Source: the human T2T-CHM13v2.0 reference genome, Homo sapiens
Assembly (NCBI RefSeq): GCF_009914755.1
Contig: NC_060930.1
Direction: 5' to 3' (one strand)
DNA length: 64,000 nucleotides
Positions 53,234 to 64,000 of this stretch are shown piece after piece; the stretch's first letter is position 1; each line of letters starts with the position of its first letter. Under the pieces are notes generated by a model. That model ran no database searches and was not told the DNA's origin. It worked only from the letters and a program-made list of their open reading frames with translations. A program made the position numbers and the translations under genes.

Positions 53234-53448
53234 TAGACCAGGTAAATTTTAAAAAGCTGATTAATCTGTTGGCTACTTGGTGCTTTGCACTCATGCCTTT
53301 CTTGTGTTTTCCCAATAACTCTGTGTAGTGGCAACCCATTACATTTTGTTTTACTTTGCCAGGGAGCAGAAAATAATGAGGGGAAAAGGGGGAGTAAAGG
53401 AAGGTGCTGATTCCACATTGTCAGAACTATGGAAAAAGAAAGCAGCAC

Positions 53449-53520
53449 AGGCGCTCCCAGGGATCAAATTTGAGACCTTACACTTGGAAGAGAAAAGCTA
53501 TACCATCAAGCCACAGCCCC
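53449..53520 (-). pseudogene. Highly decayed tRNA relic (Ala-like)
   Basis: 72 nt, ungapped 43/72 identity by hand to the tRNA-Ala at 9572-9643; T5 run 12 nt downstream. Confidence 0.6.
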
Positions 53521-53643
53521 ATCACTGTTGCAATTTCTTGTTGCATATTCCCTAGTTTTACATTTTACATGGTTTTGTGAAAGTGTAACATTTAAAAGTA
53601 AATGTCTATTCTGTTAAAGTCCATTTCAAAAATCTTTTCCTAG

Positions 53644-53983
<340 letters not shown>

Positions 53984-54420
53984 CCCTGCTCAATCTTACC
54001 TGCCAAGTAAGTCCTCTCCCAGATCCTGTCACTGGTCTAAAGCTTCTTTTTATTTTTAATTTTGAGCCACCTACACATGTGAAAGTGGAAATGGAAGACA
54101 ATAATTTTTATTTTGCACATGTTGATGTTGAGAAGCTTCTTAATTTTTCAAGAATTTTTTTTGGACTTTGTTGATTGCTGCTGAAGAAAGAAGGGCATGA
54201 TATAGAAAGCAAAGGTGGAAATTATTTCTAGATAGATAATATTTTTGAACACATGGGTATGGACAAAATGGCCAAGAAGGACTGGATAGCTTGGTCTATA
54301 CCGTAAAAAAAAAAAAAGAAAAAGAAAGAAAGAGAAAAGAGAAAAAAGAAACAAAAAAGAAATTGCAGTGAGAAAGAGACTGAAGACCCAACAGAATATT
54401 CCACCCTGAGACTTTCCATG

Positions 54421-54846
54421 TGTCAACCTAACTAACAGAGAGAGGTTCTCTAAAAGAAAATATGTTTATTTGTGAACAGAGCATTGCAGTGGGAATAGGC
54501 ATGCCATAGTAAACGATGTATGTCTTCAGGGAGGTAAAGAAAGACAAAAGTTTTTAAAGAAAAGTTGAGGAGGGCTACATAATTGTTTTTGAAATAATTA
54601 TCTTTGGCTGCAAATATTAATAACAAGGGTGACACTAGTCCAAGGTTGGACAGGCAGTTGCTAGGCAGATGTCCTTGTAGACATATTTTTTGTGTGTAAG
54701 ATTGCAAGGTTGTGGTTTTCACAGTCTTTTGTGATAGTTTTTTTTATTAGGCATACAAGCATGAGAATCCTCTCTTCATGGTTTTCCCCTGCTTTATTTG
54801 TCAGGGTTTTGTTAACATTAGTGACTCCTTTTTGACTCCCATTTCC
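54421..54846 (-). mobile_element. ERV1 solo LTR (MER65-like)
   Basis: Minus strand ggagtcactaatgttaacaaaaccctgacaaata...; ends ttaggttgaca. Confidence 0.6.
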
Positions 54847-55785
54847 AATTGTCTTGTTTCTCTCCATTTCGTATCTTATGAAATGGCTGTACACTGCAGC
54901 TGGTAGGACCAGAGAATAGTAAGTTATCAAATAGTCTTTTGGGTTTTGATGTATTTACTTTCTGATCTTCTCCAGTTCTATCTCCTTGAGGTCAGGGATT
55001 ATTTCATTCACACCTTTGAATCAAGAGATTAACCCAATAATTGCCCCATTATACATTGCTGATACTTATCTTTGATTGAATGAATGGAAGATAATGTGCA
55101 CAGCTACTGTTTTTTATTCTTCTTGAAGGGAAACAATAGTTGCATGAGATTCCTTTCAAGTAATGCAGCAAAAACGTAATTGCAACTAATTTCTTTGGTC
55201 TGGATTTATAACTCTCCTTTAGGGACTGAGGAATTAGGGCTTCAAATCTCAAAAATGCTGGGATAATTTCCTTACCATCGGAGCTTCTTTCTTCTGCCTC
55301 CAGAGCTTCTTCAGTGTTACCTGGCTTCTTCTAAATCTATTTTCCTTCAGTGGTAAATAATTTTCCCATTTATATTGTGGAGTTCTCCCTGTTCTTTCTT
55401 TTTTATTTGTTATTTCTTTTTCTGCTTCTTTTTCTCCTCTTCTTCCTGTGTCTCCAAACTTTCCTGTATTTTCTTTTTTCCTTTCTTTTTTTTTTTGTTG
55501 TTTTTGTTTGTTTGTTTGTTTTTTTGACTGGACAAGCCTGGGTTCTAATTTCTGTATTTTCTGTTCCTGTTTTCAACCATTGCCTATGCTGACAAAGGCT
55601 TATGTATTGCAACTTGCTCAGCACCCCACACACATCTTTAAACCGTACTTACCTTCCAAACAAAAACAAAATCCATGGAACCCTCTTTTGGTGATGTTTA
55701 TTCCACTCCTCTTTTGATATACAGTTACTTAAATTCAGGGATATAAATGTAACTAGTATTAATATATCTTATGTTAGGTGGTAGT

Positions 55786-56230
55786 TGTACTGGGTTAATA
55801 CTGTCCTTCCCCCCAAATCATAAACTTCTTGGAACCTCAGAATGTGACCTTATTTGGAAATAGAGTCTGTGCAGATGTAATCAAGTTAAGACAAGATTAT
55901 TAAGGTGGACTCTAATCCAATATGACTGATGTCCTTGCAAGAAGAGAGAAATTTGTATACAGAGACACTGTGAGAATGCCATGTGACCAGAAAGGCAGAG
56001 ATTGGAGTGATGCTGCTACAAGTCAGAGAATACAAAATATTGATGGCCACCACCAGAAGCTAAGACAAGGCAAGGAAGGATTCTACCCAGAGTCTCAGAG
56101 AAAATATGACCCTGTTCACACCTTGATTTCACACTTCTTGCCTCCAAAACTATGAAAGAATAAATTTCCATTGTTTTAAGCTACTGAGTTTGTGATAATT
56201 TGTTACAGCAGCCCTAGGAAACTAATACAG
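55786..56230 (+). mobile_element. MLT1-family MaLR LTR
   Basis: aacctcagaatgtgaccttatttggaaatag ... tttgttacagcagccctaggaaactaataca. Confidence 0.85.
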
Positions 56231-56849
56231 TGGGTGAGCCAGAAAAGGAAAGAAAAAAGACTGGTTACGATAAACACACAGAAAGAATGCTCATAACTAT
56301 TAGAGTACTTGTATCTGCAGCTGATTGGTATTTGTAATTATCTATTTCACTCCATATTCTCTTTGCTTTCGGCAAGTACCTCAGCAGTTAAGGCTCTTTG
56401 CCTGATGGGATAAACCAAACCTTCACTCCTAGAGAGTTTATGACATTTAGCAGTGCCCTGTACAAAAGATTGTTCTAGTTTTTGATTGACTTTAATCACA
56501 GTGGATGATATTACTCACTGAAAGGCACTGCTAAAAACCCCCTTAAATTCCAGACATATTCCTTCATAACCCCATTTGTGTAGTAACGTCCCAATTTAAG
56601 TTGGTATCAGGATCAATCACCATGAGCAATCACCAAGAGTAAGCCCCTTCCTTGCCTGCTGGTTTATTGGCACAAAAAGGCCAAAGTGGTAAAATGTCAT
56701 TCTCAACTTCCGGTTTAATGGAACCGTTCCTTTGGTGGCCTCTGGTGAAAGCATTTTTCCCTTGGGAGCTCTAAGAATCAAGCTCAACATTTTAAGAACT
56801 AAAAGTAAAACTTTACAAGCAGAAGATTCCAGGTTTTCTATGTTTGCAT

Positions 56850-60030
<3,181 letters not shown>

Positions 60031-60233
60031 GTCCCTCATCTTCAGCCCATTAATTAATCCCTATGAGATGAGGCAGACAATAGTGTGGTCCTACAACACT
60101 ATGGCAAACATATTTTCTCTGCTCAAATTGTTTCTCTTCTGACTCCAGCTAAGACAAGTGCAGGATGCAAGTAAAGAATACCGAAAGAGTCCGGGCGTGG
60201 CTTTCAAGATGTTCTTTATAAAATTGCCTTTCC

Positions 60234-60563
<330 letters not shown>

Positions 60564-61857
60564 CTATTGCACAAAAATTCAGCCACACGAACGCCTGGTG
60601 AAGCGCTCAACCTGTTTATCCAGAGAGGAAAAGAGCAACGAATTGCTCTCAACCCGCGACAATCTAGAACAAAACAAACCAAATCTTCGTGCAGGACCTA
60701 CGTTTTCAGCCTACTTTGTTTAGAAGAGTGAAACCTTCTGTCTTGCCGTGGGCCTGGTGAAAACGCGACAGATAGGGGAACTTGGATACGTCCAGTCTCC
60801 CTCCCTATTTAAATGCTGATGGTGTTTCGAGTCCCCTGCCTGAACCCGCTTCCTGTCTTCTCGTCCTCTTGTTCTTCTTCGTCTTTCGCTGCTTCATCTC
60901 TTCCACTTTCCCCACTCTCGCCCATAATACCCTCCACTCTCTATCTCCTTCCTTCTTCTCGTCCTCCTCTTCAGTTCTCTTCCGTTCTCAGACATTCCAC
61001 TTGTAGCCGAACCGTGCTGATTTTCAGAGTCACCTGGGGGAGTTCTTAAATTACTTACATTCTTGCCCCCAACCCCCATTGTCTCCAAAACACTTGCCTG
61101 GGTTGACTGTGGCACACGCATGTTGAATAAAGACAGGAAACCCTTACCTTTTGTGCTCCAGGAACACAGGGTCTGAGGACCTGTCCAGGCGCAGGGAGGT
61201 CTTAAAAAGAGCGAATTCCTTCCTCTTGCTTTCTTTGTGTTCGCCTCACCGTGAAAGGATTTTGCCTGAAAGAGGTGAAAGTCGCCTGGAGCTGTTTTCT
61301 TTCTGGTCTTCGCTCTCTAGGGATCTCAGCCAGTGAGCAGCGTCTTGGACAGAATGCCGCTTCCACGCTTCCGTAGACGCTGGGCCCAGCGGCTTGGGAG
61401 GGTTGTGACTGACACATGCTTTACACTTCATTTCACGCTGATATTGTGAATTAATTCCCCTCCAGTCTTATCTCCTCTCTTGGACCTACGTTCCCTGAGT
61501 AGCTCTCCTAGTACTGGTCTTAGTATTCCCTAGTAGTACCGTTTATGTTTTTCTGGGAGCACTGCAGACAGAAAAGTAGGAAGTTGACTGTTTAAGATAA
61601 TATTTCTACCTGGGATTCTCCTTGGTGGTGGACAAAAGCTGCCATTCGGGAAGTTCCCTAGGAACAGTCTTTGGAGGGTCCGCCATTATGAAAGACCCTA
61701 ATAGCACTAAAGGGATCTTTCGGTCCAGAATGCAACTTGAGGGTTTCAGAAATAGTAGAGTTGGATAGAGTAGACTTTGACCTCGGTTTAAATCGTAGAA
61801 CACTAGCAGATAACAGTGACAGCCAGTTATAAAATATAGCAAAAAAGCCAGCTTTAA

Positions 61858-61929
61858 GGGGGTGTAGCTCAGTGGTAGAGCGCGTGCTTAGCATGCACGA
61901 GGCCCTGGGTTCAATCCCCAGCACCTCCA
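61858..61929 (+). tRNA. TRA-AGC5-1: tRNA-Ala (AGC)
   Basis: GGGGGTGTAGCTCAGTGGTAGAGCGCGTGCTTAGCATGCACGAGGCCCTGGGTTCAATCCCCAGCACCTCCA; perfect cloverleaf; TATAAAA about 30 nt upstream. Isodecoder number from recall. Confidence 0.96.
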
Positions 61930-62117
61930 TGTATTATGCTCATTTGCCTAGCGGCCCAGAGCAGGGACCCTTGGCAGAAAACAGCACGATTTGCTTCATG
62001 AGTGGCAACAGACTCAAAAGTAGCCTAAGGTCTACGTTTTGGGTGGTATGTCTAAATAATGCTGCATTGAAGCGTGGGATTAGGAAGAACCAAGGCCCCT
62101 GGAATTAAAATGAATAG

Positions 62118-62910
62118 CAGTAATCCACTTTCATCGTTTGTTTCTTACCCACAGTCAACCGCGATCTGAGATTACTACATGAAAAATTCCAGAAATAAAC
62201 AATTCATAAGTTTTCAATTTCTCTGTTGTGAGCAGCATGATGAAATGTCGCCTCATGTGCTCCATCCCGCCTGGGAAGTAAACCATCTATTTGTCCAGCA
62301 TATCCACGCTGTGTAGTAAGCCACCCACTAGTTAGTCAGTCAGTAGCCATCTGAGTTATCTGAGCTACTGTCCTCACGTTGCTTGTGTTCAAATAACCCT
62401 TATATTACTCAATAAAGGCCCCAAAGTGCAAGAGTAGTGATGCTGGCAGTTTGGGTATGCCAAAGAGAAGCCCTAAAGTGCTACCTTTAAGTGAAAAGGG
62501 GAAAGTTCTCTACTTAATAAGGAAACAGAAACAAATTCATATCAGAGGTTGCTAAGAGCTATGGTAAGAATAAATCTTCTATCCATGAAATTGTAAAGAG
62601 AAAAGAAATTTGTGCTAGTTTTGCAGAAGTTACTGCTACAGTGTGTGATAAGTGCATAGTTAACATTTAAAAGACAGTAAATATGTGGGTGAAACACGTG
62701 AACAGAACACTTAATCTACTTGAGGGCAACACGTTATACCAGAAAACACTGAGCCCATATGAAGACTTCATCAAGGGATCCTCTGAAATGATTGACACCA
62801 ACCCATATATTGCAAGTAGGGGATGGTTACACAGATTCAGGAATAGGTTTGGACTGAAAAATATAAAAATTATTGGAGAGGCTACGTCTGCCAATGAAGA
62901 AATCACATTT
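62118..62910 (+). mobile_element. Tigger7/MER44 DNA transposon fragment
   Basis: gtcaaccgcg...aaaattccagaaataaacaattcataagtttt; transposase remnant ASRGWLHRFRNRFGLKNIKIIGE (CENP-B-type HTH). Confidence 0.82.
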
Positions 62911-63028
62911 TACGAATCCAATGATTACACTCTAAAGAGTTCAGAAGAACATATTGCTAGATGTGTTATTCTACATTTATGCTATTAAATTTCAAATAGT
63001 AAATTTAACTTGACTGAAAAAGTTAACC

Positions 63029-63356
<328 letters not shown>

Positions 63357-63857
63357 CTACATACTCTGGATATGACTTACATTTGTGGTCATTATTAACA
63401 TAGTCATAGTAATAACCTTCTAAAGAGAAGTTGGAAGCCAGCATTTACAGGTGGAAAGAAAGCTGATGCAGCTTCATGAGTAAGGATGCAGTCAGCATCC
63501 AACAAAAGGCATTTGGGAACTGTACAAGCAGGAAGATCCATATTGTTTCAACACAAAAGAGTTCCAAAGAGCCGCGGTATTGTGAGTAATAACAATGTTG
63601 CTACCTTTTACTCATGGTAGGAAACATAGAATTAGCCAGAAACAGTGTGATTAACAATAAATAACATGAAGAGATAGTTTCTGGACTGAAAAGGATGAGT
63701 TGGTGCCAGAAAACTACGAAAAATGTTTCTGAGTATTGATTAGGCTGTAAACAAATATGTAAGTACCCATTATTCTAAATCTTTATTAATACACAACAAG
63801 ATCCTCACAGGATCCCCTAAATTTTGTAAAACATTTTTTAATCAAATTATATACTCG

Positions 63858-64000
63858 TTAGCCAGATGTGGTGGCTTTTGCCTGTAGTCCCAGCTAGTCA
63901 GGAGTCCAAGGTGGGAGAATCACTTGAACCCAAGAGGCAGAGGTTGCAGTGAGCCAAGATCCAGGCACTGCACTCCAGCCTGAGCGACAGAGTGATACGC
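63858..64000 (+). mobile_element. Alu right arm (runs off window)
   Basis: tagccagatgtggtggc...cactccagcctgagcgacagag. Confidence 0.85.

Noticed and set aside
55350-55717. Phe/Leu-rich and Lys/Arg-rich ORFs
   Set aside because: Low-complexity pyrimidine tract; no family resemblance.
62683-62988. 101-aa ORF with a CENP-B-like HTH motif
   Set aside because: Short decayed Tigger7 transposase fragment, not a domesticated gene.

Overview
Primate (very probably human) genomic DNA, rich in Alu, L1, L2, MaLR and Tigger repeats, with no intact cellular protein-coding gene. The tRNA content and order plus the provirus match, from recall and not verified by search, the 6p22.1 extended-MHC tRNA cluster. 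The window holds four tRNA-Ala genes (AGC 9572-9643 -, CGC 25165-25236 -, a structurally impaired CGC 47236-47307 -, AGC 61858-61929 +), a degenerate tRNA-Lys(TTT) and a cryptic 72-nt tRNA relic. It also holds a defective ~10.4-kb type-2 HERV-K(HML-2)/HERV-K(OLD) provirus (33903-44272) with a third, TSD-flanked LTR inside pol. Nearly all ORFs outside the provirus are Alu, L1 or low-complexity artefacts. I found no convincing new multi-gene system. The most notable observations are: (1) an orphan 36-nt micro-exon with intact splice signals at 19635-19670 whose peptide matches PLXDC1; (2) a three-LTR provirus whose LTRs show a mosaic pattern suggesting gene conversion; (3) an old ~1.5-kb duplicated tRNA cassette with apparent reciprocal tRNA loss; (4) a ~180-bp direct repeat bracketing one tRNA-Ala gene. 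Repeat boundaries and subfamily names were read by eye and are approximate.
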